From the NCBI RefSeq assembly GCF_031178445.1, contig NZ_JAPSIY010000008.1, positions 65,429-129,428 on the forward strand: a stretch of DNA of 64,000 bases. Reading direction: 5' to 3'. The first letter of the stretch is position 1. Each line of letters begins with the position of its first letter. The translations under genes and the position numbers were made by a program. Source of the stretch: Microbacterium sp. (GTDB lineage Bacteria > Actinomycetota > Actinomycetes > Actinomycetales > Microbacteriaceae). This document shows positions 44,499 through 56,067 of this stretch, one piece after another. The notes beneath the pieces were generated by a model. That model saw only the letters and a list, made by a program, of their open reading frames with translations. It ran no database searches and had not been told where the DNA came from.

Positions 44499-44520
44499 AG
44501 CCTAACGAGCACGACGGACA
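44499..44520 (-). promoter_or_regulatory. Candidate PafBC-activated leaderless promoter of polA
   Basis: TGTCCG-N10-TAGGCT, 6 nt before GTG; 1 mismatch to TGTCGG-N10-TA-N3-T. Confidence 0.55.
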
Positions 44521-44537
44521 CTCGCTGAGGAGGATGA

Positions 44538-44966
44538 GTGAACGAGCCGACCCTGACCCCCGGACTGGAGTGGGCCGCACAGCGCGGCATGGGCGCCCTG
44601 GCCGAGAAGATGGGCATCCGTTGGGTCGAGTTCGCTGTCGATCGATGCGTGGCGACCATGCCGGTGGAGGGCAACACTCAGCCGGCCGGACTGCTCCACG
44701 GCGGTGCGTACGTCGTCCTCGGCGAATCGCTCGGTTCCATGGCCGCGAACCTGCATGCAGGACCCGGGCGTCTTGCCGTCGGCATCGACATCAACGCGAC
44801 GCACACGCGCTCCGCCACCAGCGGGATCGTCACCGGCGTGTGCACGCCCATCCACCTCGGACGCAGCCTCACGGTGCACGAGATCGCGGTCTCCGATGAG
44901 CAGGGCCGTCGCTGCTCGACGGTGCGCATCACCAACATGATCAAGGACCTGCCGGCCGGAGGCTGA
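44538..44966 (+). CDS. PaaI/hotdog-fold thioesterase
   Basis: QPAGLLHGGAYVVLGESLGS, GIDINATH. Confidence 0.92.
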   Translation: MNEPTLTPGLEWAAQRGMGALAEKMGIRWVEFAVDRCVATMPVEGNTQPAGLLHGGAYVVLGESLGSMAANLHAGPGRLAVGIDINATHTRSATSGIVTGVCTPIHLGRSLTVHEIAVSDEQGRRCSTVRITNMIKDLPAGG

Positions 44967-45008
44967 CAGGTCCTCGAGGAGGAACGGACCGGCGCGCGCC
45001 GGCCCCGC

Positions 45009-45626
45009 TCAGGACTTCTTCGGTGCGAGCTGCTCGATGATCGCCTTGGCGACGTCCTGCATGGTCAGACGGCGGTCCATCGACGCCTTCTGGATCCAGC
45101 GGAACGCCTCCGGCTCCGACAGGCCCATCTTCTCGTTCAGCAGGCCCTTGGCCCGGTCCACGAGCTTGCGGGTCTCGAAGCGCTCGACCATGTCGGCGAC
45201 CTCGGCCTCGAGCGTGATGATCTGCTCGTGACGGGCCAACGCGATCTCGATGGCCGGGAGCAGATCGTTGGGGGTGAACGGCTTGACCACGTAAGCCAGT
45301 GCGCCGGCCTCGCTGGCGCGTTCGACGAGCTCCTTCTGGCTGAACGCGGTGAGCAGCACCACCGGGGCGATGTTGTTCTTGTGCAGCTTCTCGGCGGCGC
45401 TGATGCCATCGAGTTGCGGCATCTTCACGTCCATGATGACGAGGTCCGGACGCAGCTCGGTGGCGAGCTGGACAGCCGTCTCGCCGTCTCCAGCCTCTCC
45501 CACGACGTCGAAGCCGTTGTCGCGGAGGATCTCGACGATGTCGAGGCGGATCAGCGACTCGTCCTCGGCGACGACGACGCGTCGGGGTGCGGATGCCGTG
45601 GGCTGCTCAGGCTGTTCTTCGGTCAC
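45009..45626 (-). CDS. pdtaR: ANTAR-domain response regulator
   Basis: Receiver domain (AEDE, MDVKMP) plus RKLVDRAKGLL..EAFRWIQKASMDRR; pyk-tRNA-Leu-polA synteny. Confidence 0.9.
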   Translation of the reverse strand: MTEEQPEQPTASAPRRVVVAEDESLIRLDIVEILRDNGFDVVGEAGDGETAVQLATELRPDLVIMDVKMPQLDGISAAEKLHKNNIAPVVLLTAFSQKELVERASEAGALAYVVKPFTPNDLLPAIEIALARHEQIITLEAEVADMVERFETRKLVDRAKGLLNEKMGLSEPEAFRWIQKASMDRRLTMQDVAKAIIEQLAPKKS

Positions 45627-45727
45627 CCGTCCATCCTACGGGAGACTCGCCCCTGCCCGGAGGAAGCGTCGCCTCATGGGACGGAGGATGCGCGTGGCTG
45701 CGCTACAGTCGAAGACGCGACACACGA

Positions 45728-45810
45728 GCCGGCGTGGCGGAATGGCAGACGCGGAGCACTCAAAATGCTTTGTCCGAGAGGACGTGTGGGTTCGAGTCCC
45801 ACCGCCGGCA
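45728..45810 (+). tRNA. tRNA-Leu(CAA), CCA not encoded
   Basis: Acceptor GCCGGCG/CGCCGGC, anticodon loop CTCAAAA, variable arm, T-loop TTCGAGT. Confidence 0.96.
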
Positions 45811-45869
45811 CTCGAATCGAACTGGCCCGAACGACCTGAGGTCCCAGATCCCGGCCTCGCCACGGGGGC

Positions 45870-46535
45870 TCAGCCCGCCAGCGCCGCCAGCTCTGCCATC
45901 ACCCGCGGGTGCGTCAGCACGCGGAAGTGGCCGCCGGTGTCGAGCTCCACGTTCTTCGCCCCCGGGAGCCGGCTGCCCTCCGGGATGTGCGGGTCGAACC
46001 GTGCGTACACCGACACGATCCGGGCGTTGGCGGCGCGTTGCTGCGACAGGCTCACGATCGAGGGGTGGCCTGGCGACAACGTGCGCAGCGTGCGAGGGAG
46101 CATCAGCCGCGCGTACCTGGACCCGCCGAACGGGGTGGCTACGGCCAGCATCCCCCGCACGCGCTCCGCGTCCGGTCCGAGCATCGCCAGCTTGCCGGCC
46201 AGCCCGCCCTTGCTGTGCGCCAGAAGCACGACGTCACGCAGATCGCGCTCGGCCAGGAACGCGCCCACGCCTTCCGCCATCTCTTCGATCGGACGGAGGT
46301 TGCGGGCAAGACCGTCGACGACGTGTATCGGGTGATCCAGCTCATGTGCGCGTTGGATGACCGGCTGCATGAACTTCCAGGTCTCGTAGATGCCGGGAAG
46401 GACGATGATGGGCGTCCCCCGCCCGTGAGCAAAGCTCTCGGGCTCCTGCCGACTGCCGAAGGCACGCGCCTGCCACACCGCGGCGTAGGCGTAGTCCTCC
46501 ACCCACCACAGGGCGCGCCGCAGAAGCTCGCTCAT
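45870..46535 (-). CDS. Alpha/beta hydrolase (small lipase/esterase-like)
   Basis: VLPGIYE, AHSKGG nucleophile elbow, ATPFGG, GGHF. Confidence 0.8.
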   Translation of the reverse strand: MSELLRRALWWVEDYAYAAVWQARAFGSRQEPESFAHGRGTPIIVLPGIYETWKFMQPVIQRAHELDHPIHVVDGLARNLRPIEEMAEGVGAFLAERDLRDVVLLAHSKGGLAGKLAMLGPDAERVRGMLAVATPFGGSRYARLMLPRTLRTLSPGHPSIVSLSQQRAANARIVSVYARFDPHIPEGSRLPGAKNVELDTGGHFRVLTHPRVMAELAALAG

Positions 46536-47332
46536 CGCCCGTTCCCCCGCGACGGCTCATGCCGATGAGCGTCACTCGTCGGCATTGACGCGCATGCATG
46601 CACGATCGCCGCGGCCACCGCGCGAGGCGCGGAGTGCTGCGCGTTGTGCGCCCGGCCGGGGATCTCGGCCAGCATGGCCTCACGGGCGGCGGCACGCAGC
46701 CGACGGCACCACCCCCGCGTGGCGATCGGGTCTCGGGACCCGCGCACGATGAGCAAGGGCGCCTGAAGGCGCGAGACCCGGTCTTCGATGCGATAGCGGA
46801 GCATGTGCCGCAACTGGGCGAGGTACCAGACCGGCCCGCAGCGCAGGTAGTCGGAGAACACGAGCGCATTCGCTCCAGGGGGCTCGCGCAGCGTGTCCAG
46901 TGCCAGCAGCGCGGCCTGCCACAGCAGGGTCCGGCGGCGCTCATCCGCGACCGGTCCGATCACGACGACACCGCGGGTCAGGTCACGACGGCGAGCAGCG
47001 AGCTCGACCGCCCACTGCGTGCCCATCGACTGTCCCACGACCACGACCGGTCCCGTTCGCAGCTTGTCGAGCAGGCCGGCGAGGGCATCGGCCATCTGCG
47101 TCACGTCGAGGTCGTGGGCAGGCTTGGGCAATCCACCGAAGCCCGGCAGGTCAACCGAGACGACAGTGCCGTGCGCGGAAAGCGCAGAGTGCAGTCGCGC
47201 CAGATAGCGATGCGACATCCCGATCCCGTGCACGAGCACGAAGGTCACCGCACCCGGGCCGGGCGATGTGAGACTGCGGAGGGTGAGACCGGCGACACGG
47301 TGCCTCGTCACTGTCCGCCGGGGCTGCCTCAT
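46532..47332 (-). CDS. Alpha/beta fold hydrolase
   Basis: LVHGIG, DLPGFG, GQSMG, GSRDPI, AHNA. Confidence 0.88.
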   Translation of the reverse strand: MRQPRRTVTRHRVAGLTLRSLTSPGPGAVTFVLVHGIGMSHRYLARLHSALSAHGTVVSVDLPGFGGLPKPAHDLDVTQMADALAGLLDKLRTGPVVVVGQSMGTQWAVELAARRRDLTRGVVVIGPVADERRRTLLWQAALLALDTLREPPGANALVFSDYLRCGPVWYLAQLRHMLRYRIEDRVSRLQAPLLIVRGSRDPIATRGWCRRLRAAAREAMLAEIPGRAHNAQHSAPRAVAAAIVHACASMPTSDAHRHEPSRGNGR

Positions 47333-47409
47333 CCCTGCACGGTACCCCTCATCGAAGACGACAGCACGCAGGGCGGGATCAGGATCCGGCCCTGCGTGCT
47401 GTCGATCGA

Positions 47410-48864
47410 TCAGGCGCGGGACTTGTACACCGGCGCTGCTCCGCCGACGGCGTCGCCGACCTTGTGCACGCGGATGTCGTTGGTGGAGCCGATGATCCCG
47501 GGAGGCGAACCGGAGATCACCACGACCTTGTCGCCCTCCTTCGCCAGTCCTTCGCCGAGCAGGTTCTCGTCCACCTGGTGGTACATCGCATCGGTGTGTT
47601 CGACCATGTCGACCAGCTTCGACTGCAGTCCCCAGGTCAGCGCCATGCGGCGGCGGATGCCGGGCTCGGGCGTGAACGCCAGCATCGGGATGCGGGAGCG
47701 AAGCCGCGACAGGCGGCGCGCGGAGTCACCTGACTGGGTGAACACGCAGAGGAACTTCGCCTCGACGAACTCGGCGACCTCGAGGGCCGCGAGCGTGATG
47801 GCGCCGCCCTGCGTGCGGGGCTTGTTGGTCAGCGGCTGGATGCGCTCCAGACCGTGCTCCTCGGTGGACTCGATGATGCGAGCCATCGTCTCCACGACCA
47901 CGACCGGGTAGTCGCCGACGCTCGTCTCACCGGACAGCATCACGGCGTCCGCGCCGTCGAGAACGGCGTTCGCGACATCCGACGTCTCGGCACGAGTCGG
48001 CACCGGGCTCGAGATCATCGATTCGAGCATCTGGGTGGCCACGATCACAGGCTTGGCGTTGCGGCGCGCGAGCTCCACCGCGCGCTTCTGCACGATCGGC
48101 ACTGCCTCGAGCGGGAGTTCGACGCCCAGATCGCCTCGGGCCACCATGATGCCGTCGAACGCGTCGACGATCTCCTCGAGAGCATCCACCGCCTGCGGCT
48201 TCTCGACTTTGGCGATGACGGGGACGCGCACGCCCTCCTCGGCCATGATCTCGTGCACGCGCTCGACATCGCTCGCGTTGCGCACGAACGACAGGGCGAT
48301 GATGTCCGCGCCGGTACGCAGGCCCCAGCGCAGATCGTCCTCGTCCTTCTCGCTGAGAGCCGGCACGTTCACGGCCACACCCGGGAGGTTGATCCCCTTG
48401 TTGTTCGACACCGCACCGGCGACGACGACGCGCGTGGTGACCACGGTGCCGTCGGTCGAGACCACCTCGACGCGCACCTTGCCGTCGTCGATCAGCAGGA
48501 AGTCGCCCGGCTTCACGTCCTGGGGCAGACCCTTGAAGGTGGTGCCGCAGATCTCGCGGTTGCCGACGATCTCCTCGGTGGTGATCTTGAAGATGTCGCC
48601 CACGGCGAGTTCGTAAGGGCCGTTCTCGAAGCGTCCGAGACGGATCTTCGGACCCTGCAGATCCACGAGAACGGCGACCGCTCGCCCCGCGTCCTCTGCG
48701 GCACGGCGCACGTTCGCGTAGTTCGCCTCGTGAACCGAGTAGTCGCCATGGCTCAGGTTCAGCCGTGCCACGTCGACACCTGCCTCGATCAGTGCACGGA
48801 CCGTTTCATAGGTCGAGGTTGCAGGACCGAGCGTGGCCACGATTTTCGCGCGTCTCAACGGCAT
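47410..48864 (-). CDS. pyk: Pyruvate kinase
   Basis: KIVATLGPA, DLQGPKIR, MVARGDLGVE, ATQMLESM, MLSGETS. Confidence 0.97.
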   Translation of the reverse strand: MPLRRAKIVATLGPATSTYETVRALIEAGVDVARLNLSHGDYSVHEANYANVRRAAEDAGRAVAVLVDLQGPKIRLGRFENGPYELAVGDIFKITTEEIVGNREICGTTFKGLPQDVKPGDFLLIDDGKVRVEVVSTDGTVVTTRVVVAGAVSNNKGINLPGVAVNVPALSEKDEDDLRWGLRTGADIIALSFVRNASDVERVHEIMAEEGVRVPVIAKVEKPQAVDALEEIVDAFDGIMVARGDLGVELPLEAVPIVQKRAVELARRNAKPVIVATQMLESMISSPVPTRAETSDVANAVLDGADAVMLSGETSVGDYPVVVVETMARIIESTEEHGLERIQPLTNKPRTQGGAITLAALEVAEFVEAKFLCVFTQSGDSARRLSRLRSRIPMLAFTPEPGIRRRMALTWGLQSKLVDMVEHTDAMYHQVDENLLGEGLAKEGDKVVVISGSPPGIIGSTNDIRVHKVGDAVGGAAPVYKSRA

Positions 48865-48916
48865 CTCCAGGGTGAGAGGTGTGGATAGGGGACTTGGCGA
48901 CGCTGCCGCGCTCAGC

Positions 48917-50383
48917 CTACGCGGGCTGCACGCTCAGCGCGACATCCGTGGGCGCCACCGGCATGGGCAGCACGGTGGACCCCATCAGGTGCCGATCGAT
49001 CGAGGCGGCCGCCGCGCGACCCTCGGCGATCGCCCAGACGATCAGGGACTGACCGCGGCCGGCATCGCCTGCCACGAACACGCCCTGCTCGGACGTGGCG
49101 TAGTCGGCGTCGCGCACGAACGCGCCCCGGTCTGAGGTCGCAGGCCTGGTGTCGCCGTCGAAGGTGGCAGTCTCCGGTCCTGTGAAGCCCATCGCGATCA
49201 GCACGAGGTCGGCCGGGATCTCACGCTCGGTGCCGCTCTTGGGCACACGCCGGCCGTCGACGAACTCGGTCTCGGCCACGCGCACCGCCCGCACTGCACC
49301 CGCGGAATCGGCGAGGAACTCGACGGTGGACGCCAGGTAGTGGCGTTCGCCGCCCTCCTCGTGCGCGGACTGCACCTCGAAGAGCGTCGGCATCGTCGGC
49401 CATGGCTGGTGCTCACCGCGCTCGGCTCCGGGCTGGCGACCGATCGCCAGGTTGGTCACGCTCAGCGCACCCTGACGGTGCGCCGTGCCGATGCAGTCGG
49501 CCCCGGTGTCGCCGCCGCCGATGACGACCACGTGCTTGCCCTCGGCCGTGATCTGGTTCGGGACGTCGTCGCCGGCGACCGCCTTGTTCGATTCGACGAG
49601 GTACTCCATCGCGAAGTGCACACCCGGCAGATCGCGACCAGGAATCGGCAGGTCGCGCGGCACCGTCGATCCGGTGGCCAGCAGCACCGCGTCGTAGCGC
49701 GCGCGCAGCTCGTCCCAGCCGATGTCGACGCCGATCTGCACACCGGCGCGGAAGCGGGTCCCTTCCGCCTGCATCTGGCGAAGGCGCGCCTCGAGGTGCC
49801 GCTTCTCCATCTTGAAGTCCGGGATGCCGTAGCGCAGCAGTCCGCCGATGCGGTCGTCGCGCTCGTAGACGACCACGGTGTGCCCTGCCCTGGTGAGCTG
49901 CTGCGCCGCCGCGAGCCCGGCCGGACCGGAGCCGACGACGGCCACCGTCTTACCGCTCAGCCGCTGCGGCGGCTGAGGCTCGACCCAACCGCGGGAGAAG
50001 GCCTCGTCGATGATCGAGACCTCGACCTGCTTGATGGTCACGGCGGGCTGGTTGATGCCGAGGACGCACGCGCTCTCGCAGGGGGCGGGGCAGAGCCGGC
50101 CGGTGAACTCGGGGAAGTTGTTCGTCGCGTGCAGGCGATCGATCGCAGCGCGGCCCTCGCCGCGCCACGTCAGATCGTTCCACTCCGGGATCAGATTGCC
50201 CAGCGGGCATCCCGAGTGGCAGAACGGCACACCGCAGTCCATGCAGCGGCCTGCCTGGCGCTTCAGCACCGCGCGGTCGCCGGGCTCGTAGACCTCTTTC
50301 CAGTCCATGATGCGCACCGGCACGGGGCGACGGGCGGGGAGCTCGCGCTCGGTCGTCTTCAGAAAGCCCTTGGGGTCAGCCAC
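48917..50383 (-). CDS. gltD: Glutamate synthase small subunit
   Basis: [36 protein letters not shown]. Confidence 0.97.
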   Translation of the reverse strand: MADPKGFLKTTERELPARRPVPVRIMDWKEVYEPGDRAVLKRQAGRCMDCGVPFCHSGCPLGNLIPEWNDLTWRGEGRAAIDRLHATNNFPEFTGRLCPAPCESACVLGINQPAVTIKQVEVSIIDEAFSRGWVEPQPPQRLSGKTVAVVGSGPAGLAAAQQLTRAGHTVVVYERDDRIGGLLRYGIPDFKMEKRHLEARLRQMQAEGTRFRAGVQIGVDIGWDELRARYDAVLLATGSTVPRDLPIPGRDLPGVHFAMEYLVESNKAVAGDDVPNQITAEGKHVVVIGGGDTGADCIGTAHRQGALSVTNLAIGRQPGAERGEHQPWPTMPTLFEVQSAHEEGGERHYLASTVEFLADSAGAVRAVRVAETEFVDGRRVPKSGTEREIPADLVLIAMGFTGPETATFDGDTRPATSDRGAFVRDADYATSEQGVFVAGDAGRGQSLIVWAIAEGRAAAASIDRHLMGSTVLPMPVAPTDVALSVQPA

Positions 50384-53300
50384 CGGTCACCTCCAGGATC
50401 CGGTTCCAGACGGCTTCACCGTCGGGGTCGATACCCGCGGCCTCCGCCTCCTGGCGCATGGTGCGCACGGCGGCGAAGTCGCGCGGCAGCACCTTCGTGA
50501 ATTCGTTCTGAGCTGTGTCGAAGTCCTCGAGGATGGCGGATGCCAACGGCGAAGCGGTGCGCTCCACGTGCTCGACGAGCAGGCTGCGAAGCACTTCGAC
50601 GTCGGCACGGTCGAGCGGCCCGAGCACGAGCTCGCCGCTCGACAGCGCCTCTGCGTTGACTCTGGCCGAGCTGAGGTCGCGGACGTAGGCGACGCCGCCC
50701 GACATCCCGGCACCCAGATTGCGGCCGGTCTCGCCGAGGATCACCGCTGTGCCACCGGTCATGTACTCCAGCGCGTGATCGCCCACCCCTTCGACGACGG
50801 CGGTCGCACCGGAGTTGCGCACGAGGAACCGCTCACCGACGACGCCCGAGATGAACATCGTCCCGCTGGTCGCACCGTAGCCGATGACGTTGCCGGCGAT
50901 CACGTTGCGATGCGGTTCGAACCCGGCGTCGCGCGCGGGACGGATCGTGATGTCGCCTCCGGAGAGACCCTTGCCGACGTAGTCGTTCGCGTCGCCCTCC
51001 AGGCGAAGTGCGATACCGGACGGCAGGAACGCGCCGAGCGACTGCCCTGCCGTGCCGTGCAGAGTGACATCGATCGTCTCCCTCGCCAGTCCCTGCGCCC
51101 CGTAGCGCTTCGTGACGTGATAGCCGAGCATCGTGCCGACAGCACGCTCGGTGTTGCGGATCGGAAGCTCGATGACGACGGGCGCTCCGCTCTCCAGCGC
51201 TTCCGCGGACATCTCGATGAGCGTGGTGTCGAAGTGCCTGCCCAGCTCGTGGTCCTGCTCTCGCGCGCTGCGACGCGGCTCGCCGGCGGGGAACAGCGGG
51301 CCTTCGAGGATCGGTGCGAGGTCGAGGCCGTCGGCCTTCCAATGCCGGATGGCGGCATCAGTGCGCAGCAGCTCGGCGCGCCCGATGATCTCGTCGAGCG
51401 AGCGATAGCCGAGCTCTGCGAGGATCTCACGCACCTCCTCGGCGATGAACTCCATGAAGTTCACGACGAACTCCGGCTTGCCGGTGAAGCGCTCGCGCAG
51501 CAGAGGGTTCTGCGTCGCCACGCCCACCGGGCAGGTGTCGAGATGGCAGACGCGCATCATGATGCAGCCGCTGACAACCAGCGGTGCGGTGGCGAAGCCG
51601 AACTCCTCGGCGCCGAGCAGGGCGCCGATGATCACGTCGCGACCGGTCTTGAGCTGCCCGTCGACCTGTACGACCACCCGGTCGCGCATGCCGTTGAGCA
51701 TGAGCGTCTGCTGCGTCTCCGCGAGACCCAGCTCCCACGGCGTACCGGCGTGCTTCAGCGAGTTCAGCGGGCTCGCCCCGGTGCCGCCGTCGTGGCCCGA
51801 AACCAGCACCACATCGCTGAGCGCCTTGGCGACGCCCGCGGCGACCGCCCCGATGCCCGATTGGCTGACCAGCTTGGTGTGGATCCGCGCATTGGGGTTG
51901 GCTCGCTTGAGGTCGAAGATCAGCTGCTTGAGATCCTCGATCGAGTAGATGTCGTGGTGCGGCGGTGGCGAGATCAGGCCGACGCCTGGGGTCGCGTGAC
52001 GTGTGCGGGCGACCCAGGGGTACACCTTCTGCGGCGGAAGCTGCCCGCCCTCGCCGGGCTTGGCACCCTGGGCGAGCTTGATCTGCAGATCGTCGGCCTC
52101 GGTGAGGTACTGGCTGGTCACGCCGAAACGACCGGACGCCACCTGCTTGATGGCGCTGCGGCGTTCGGGGTCCACCAGGCGCTCCGGGTCCTCTCCCCCT
52201 TCGCCGGTGTTCGACTTCGCGCCGAGGCGGTTCATGGCGATCGCCAGCGTCTCGTGCGCCTCCTGCGAGATCGAGCCGTAGCTCATCGCGCCGCTGGAGA
52301 AGCGCTTGACGATGGCGCTCACCGGTTCGACCTCGTCCAGCGGCACGGGGGGTCGCTCCCCCGTGCGCAGCTCGAACAGTCCGCGCAGCGTCTTCAGCTC
52401 GCGCGCCTGGTCGTCGACCGACCTGGTGTACTCGCGGAAGATGTCGTACCGGCGGGTGCGAGTGGAGTGCTGCAGCCGGAAGACGGTCTCCGGGTTGAAC
52501 AGGTGAGGCGAGCCATCACGTCGCCACTGGTACTCACCGCCGGTCCACAGCCGCTCGTGGGCCCGCGCGGCGGAGTCCTCCGGGTAGGCGAAGTCATGGC
52601 GCGCCTGGTTCTCGGCGAAGACGTCCTGGATGCCGATGCCGCCGAGCTTGGTCTCGGTGCCGGTGAAGTAGGCGTCGACGAATTCCTGGCTGAGGCCCAC
52701 TGCTTCGAACACCTGGGCGCCCGCGTACGACGACACGGTCGAGATGCCCATCTTCGACATGATCTTCAGCACGCCCTTGCCGAGGGCGTAGATCAGGTTG
52801 CGCACCGCCTTCTCGGGGCTGACACCGGTGATGTACCCGGTGCGCACAAGGTGCTCGACGGTCTCCATCGCCAGGTAGGGGTTAACGGCGGATGCACCGT
52901 AGCCGATCAGCGTCGCGACGTGGTGCACTTCGCGCACGTCTCCGGCCTCGACGATCAGACCGACCTTCATCCGGTTCTCGTTGCGGATGAGGTGGTGGTG
53001 GACTGCTGCGACCATGAGCAGCGATGGAATGGGGACGAGGTCCTTGTTCGAGTCGCGGTCGGAGAGAATGATCAGTTCCGCTCCGCGCTCGATCGCGGCA
53101 TCCACCTCGGCGCACATCTCTTCGAGGCGCTCCTGCATGGTGTGCGGGCCCGCATCGAAGTGGTACAGCCCGCGAATGGTCGCGCTGGAGCGTCCGGGCA
53201 GGGCACGGTCGATGTGCCGGATCTTGGCGAGCTCGTCGTTGTCGATCACCGGGAAGTCCAGTGTCACGGTTCGGGCGTGGTCCGGCCCCCAGTCCAGCAG

Positions 53301-54950
53301 GTTGCGCTCCGGGCCGAGGCCGAGCCGCAGGCTGGTGACGACCTCCTCGCGGATCGCGTCGAGCGGCGGGTTCGTCACCTGCGCGAACTGCTGCACGAAG
53401 TAGTCGAACAGCAGTCTCGGTCGCTCGCTGAGCACGGCGATCGGGGTGTCGCTGCCCATGGCGCCGAGCGGCTCGGCGCCGTTCTGCCCCATCGGGGTGA
53501 GCAGAATGCGCACCTCTTCCTCGGTGTACCCGAAGGTGCGCTGACGGCGCGTGATCGACGCGGCCGGATGCACGATGTGCTCGCGCTCGGGCAGGTCGGC
53601 CAGGCGCACCGAACCGGCATCCAGCCACTCCCGCCACGGGTGCATGGTGGCGAGCTCGCGCTTGATCTCGTCGTCCTCCACGATGCGCCCCTGAGCGGTG
53701 TCGACGAGGAACATCCGACCGGGCTGCAGGCGCCCGCGGCGCTTGATGCGTTCCGGCTCGAACTCCAGAACTCCGGTCTCACTGCCGATGACGACCAGAC
53801 CGTCCGTGGTCTCGGTCCAGCGGCCGGGTCGCAGCCCGTTGCGATCGAGGGTCGCCCCCACCTGCGTGCCGTCGGTGAAGATCAGGGCAGCGGGTCCGTC
53901 CCACGGCTCCATCTGGTTCGAGTGGTACTCGTAGAAGGCGCGCAGGTCGGGGTCGATGTCGGCCTGCTTCTCCCAGGCCTCCGGCACCATCATCATCACC
54001 GCGTGCGGCAGGCTGCGCCCCGTGAGCGTCAGCAGTTCGAGCACCTCGTCGAACGACGCGGAATCGCTCGCTCCCGGGGTGCAGATGGGCAGCAGCGGAC
54101 GGATGTCGCCGAGCAGCTCGGACGCGAGCTGCGATTGACGCGCGCGCATCCAGTTGCGGTTGCCGCCGACGGTGTTGATCTCGCCGTTGTGCGCGAGCAT
54201 CCGCAACGGCTGCGCGAGCGGCCACGACGGGAACGTGTTCGTCGAGTACCGGGAGTGCACCACCGCGAGCTCGGAGGCGAATCGTTCGTCCTGCAGGTCG
54301 GGGTAGAACGGCTCCAACTGCAGGGTGGTCACCATGCCCTTGTAGCCGAGCGTGCGAGCCGAGAGCGAGACGAAGTACGCGCCGAGCTCGTGGCCCGCCC
54401 GCTTGCGCAGGCGGTACGCGATGCGGTCGAGGACCAGCGGCGACGAGGCGTCGCGCGCCCCGCTGCCCGGACGCGTGATGAAGAGCTGCTCGAAGGCCGG
54501 GCGCGCCTCGTCGGCGAGCTTGCCCAGGTTCTCGTTGGCGGTGGGGACGACCCGCCAGCCGAGGACGACGAGGCCCTCTTCGGCGGCGATGCGCTCGATG
54601 CCGGCCTTCTGCTCGCGGCGAGCGCTCGACTCCCGGGGGAGGAACGCGAGGCCTGCGGCGTACTCGCCGAGGGGCGGGAGGTCGAAGTCCGTCACCGCCC
54701 GGAGGAATGCGTCCGGCATCTGCGTGAGGATGCCTGCGCCGTCGCCGGTGCCGGCGTCAGAGCCGATCGCACCGCGGTGTTCCAGGTTGCGCAGCGCTTC
54801 GAGCGCCAGCGCGATGATGTCGTGGCCGGGTTCCCCGCGGAGCGTTGCGACCATGGCCAGGCCGCAGGCGTCCTTCTCGTGGGCGGGGTTGTACATCCCC
54901 TGCTTCGGGGGGTAGGCGCCGGAGGCGCCGTAGGGAGGCTGGAAGTACAC
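50376..54950 (-). CDS. gltB: Glutamate synthase large subunit
   Basis: [50 protein letters not shown]. Confidence 0.98.
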   Translation of the reverse strand: MYFQPPYGASGAYPPKQGMYNPAHEKDACGLAMVATLRGEPGHDIIALALEALRNLEHRGAIGSDAGTGDGAGILTQMPDAFLRAVTDFDLPPLGEYAAGLAFLPRESSARREQKAGIERIAAEEGLVVLGWRVVPTANENLGKLADEARPAFEQLFITRPGSGARDASSPLVLDRIAYRLRKRAGHELGAYFVSLSARTLGYKGMVTTLQLEPFYPDLQDERFASELAVVHSRYSTNTFPSWPLAQPLRMLAHNGEINTVGGNRNWMRARQSQLASELLGDIRPLLPICTPGASDSASFDEVLELLTLTGRSLPHAVMMMVPEAWEKQADIDPDLRAFYEYHSNQMEPWDGPAALIFTDGTQVGATLDRNGLRPGRWTETTDGLVVIGSETGVLEFEPERIKRRGRLQPGRMFLVDTAQGRIVEDDEIKRELATMHPWREWLDAGSVRLADLPEREHIVHPAASITRRQRTFGYTEEEVRILLTPMGQNGAEPLGAMGSDTPIAVLSERPRLLFDYFVQQFAQVTNPPLDAIREEVVTSLRLGLGPERNLLDWGPDHARTVTLDFPVIDNDELAKIRHIDRALPGRSSATIRGLYHFDAGPHTMQERLEEMCAEVDAAIERGAELIILSDRDSNKDLVPIPSLLMVAAVHHHLIRNENRMKVGLIVEAGDVREVHHVATLIGYGASAVNPYLAMETVEHLVRTGYITGVSPEKAVRNLIYALGKGVLKIMSKMGISTVSSYAGAQVFEAVGLSQEFVDAYFTGTETKLGGIGIQDVFAENQARHDFAYPEDSAARAHERLWTGGEYQWRRDGSPHLFNPETVFRLQHSTRTRRYDIFREYTRSVDDQARELKTLRGLFELRTGERPPVPLDEVEPVSAIVKRFSSGAMSYGSISQEAHETLAIAMNRLGAKSNTGEGGEDPERLVDPERRSAIKQVASGRFGVTSQYLTEADDLQIKLAQGAKPGEGGQLPPQKVYPWVARTRHATPGVGLISPPPHHDIYSIEDLKQLIFDLKRANPNARIHTKLVSQSGIGAVAAGVAKALSDVVLVSGHDGGTGASPLNSLKHAGTPWELGLAETQQTLMLNGMRDRVVVQVDGQLKTGRDVIIGALLGAEEFGFATAPLVVSGCIMMRVCHLDTCPVGVATQNPLLRERFTGKPEFVVNFMEFIAEEVREILAELGYRSLDEIIGRAELLRTDAAIRHWKADGLDLAPILEGPLFPAGEPRRSAREQDHELGRHFDTTLIEMSAEALESGAPVVIELPIRNTERAVGTMLGYHVTKRYGAQGLARETIDVTLHGTAGQSLGAFLPSGIALRLEGDANDYVGKGLSGGDITIRPARDAGFEPHRNVIAGNVIGYGATSGTMFISGVVGERFLVRNSGATAVVEGVGDHALEYMTGGTAVILGETGRNLGAGMSGGVAYVRDLSSARVNAEALSSGELVLGPLDRADVEVLRSLLVEHVERTASPLASAILEDFDTAQNEFTKVLPRDFAAVRTMRQEAEAAGIDPDGEAVWNRILEVTGG

Positions 54951-55037
54951 CAGTCACCGTCCTCAGATCTCGATGAACCCGGGGGACGACGTTGGCCCGC
55001 TCGTTCAGTGTGATGGTTCTCTCGCGGCGAGAGCCGG

Positions 55038-56057
55038 CTATCGGGTGCCGCTCTCGCTCGAGGGAGCGGTGCTTGTGGCGGATGCTCCTGCGGCGACCTC
55101 GTCGGTCGGAGGCTCGCTCACGTCGACGTAATCGCTGGGATTGTCCTGCGATTGTACATCGTCGCCGGCCGGCAGCCGCCCCGGTACGTACGGCGACGGC
55201 TCGACGCCGGTGTGGCGACGCGTCTGCACGATGAGGATCACGATTCCGACGATCACGCCGATGATCGCGGCCCAGACGTTGCTGCGAAGGCCGAGGATGA
55301 CCTCGCTGGGGTCGATGCGGATCGACTCCCAGAGGATGCGCCCCGCGCTGTACCAGATCAGGTAGACGGCGAACAGTCGGCCCCACTGGAAGTACAGCTT
55401 GCGGCTCAGCCAGAGGAGCACGAGCACGCCGAGACCGTTCCAGACGACCTCATACAGGAAGGTCGGGTGGAACAGCGTCCCCTCCTCGAGGCCGGCGGGG
55501 AAGGCGGGGTTGGTCGACTCGATCTCGAGACCCCACGGCAGATCGGTCGGGAGGCCGAAAAGCTCGTGGTTGAACCAGTTGCCGAAGCGGCCCATCGCCT
55601 GCGCGAGCAGCAGTCCCGGCGCGAGGGCGTCGGCGAACGTCCAGAAGCGGATGCCGGTCCAGCGGCATCCGAGCCAGGCGCCCACCGCACCTCCGAGGAG
55701 GGCACCGAAGATGGCGATGCCGCCCTCCCAGATCGCCCAGACCGAACCCGGCTCGAAGGGGTTCCAGGTGTTCTTGCCCGGACCGAAGTAGAAGTTCGGG
55801 TGGGTGAGCACGTGGAAGATGCGCGCACCGATGATCGCGATCGGAACGGCGAGGATGGCGATGTCGATCACGACCCACTTCTCGGCTCCGCGCTTGGTGA
55901 GCCGGTGGTTCGTGAGCAGCACCGCCGCGATGATGCCCGCGATGATGCACAGCGCGTAGAAGTGGATGCGGAGCGGACCGAGCTCGATGTAGCTGACCGG
56001 CGGGCTCGGGATGCTGGTGAGCACGCCCGAGAAGGTGCTGTGAAGCGCGAGGGACAT
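55038..56057 (-). CDS. lgt: Prolipoprotein diacylglyceryl transferase
   Basis: GARIFHV, IWEGG, GRFGNWFNHE, HPTFLYE. Confidence 0.95.
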   Translation of the reverse strand: MSLALHSTFSGVLTSIPSPPVSYIELGPLRIHFYALCIIAGIIAAVLLTNHRLTKRGAEKWVVIDIAILAVPIAIIGARIFHVLTHPNFYFGPGKNTWNPFEPGSVWAIWEGGIAIFGALLGGAVGAWLGCRWTGIRFWTFADALAPGLLLAQAMGRFGNWFNHELFGLPTDLPWGLEIESTNPAFPAGLEEGTLFHPTFLYEVVWNGLGVLVLLWLSRKLYFQWGRLFAVYLIWYSAGRILWESIRIDPSEVILGLRSNVWAAIIGVIVGIVILIVQTRRHTGVEPSPYVPGRLPAGDDVQSQDNPSDYVDVSEPPTDEVAAGASATSTAPSSESGTR

Positions 56058-56067
56058 GAGAGTGAGT

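Noticed and set aside
8411-45658. KOPS-like GGGNAGGG polarity around dif
   Set aside because: The few copies seen (8411, about 26135, 32593, 45651) are split evenly between expected and opposite orientation.
45790-47409. tRNA-anchored genomic island or prophage
   Set aside because: No integrase, no direct repeat of either tRNA 3' end and no phage genes.
50307-55013. Very long antisense ORFs (1568 aa here; also 16898-19720, 40166-42085, 26758-27999)
   Set aside because: They mirror confidently identified genes on the opposite strand and have no motifs; stop-poor shadow frames are expected with high-GC codon bias.
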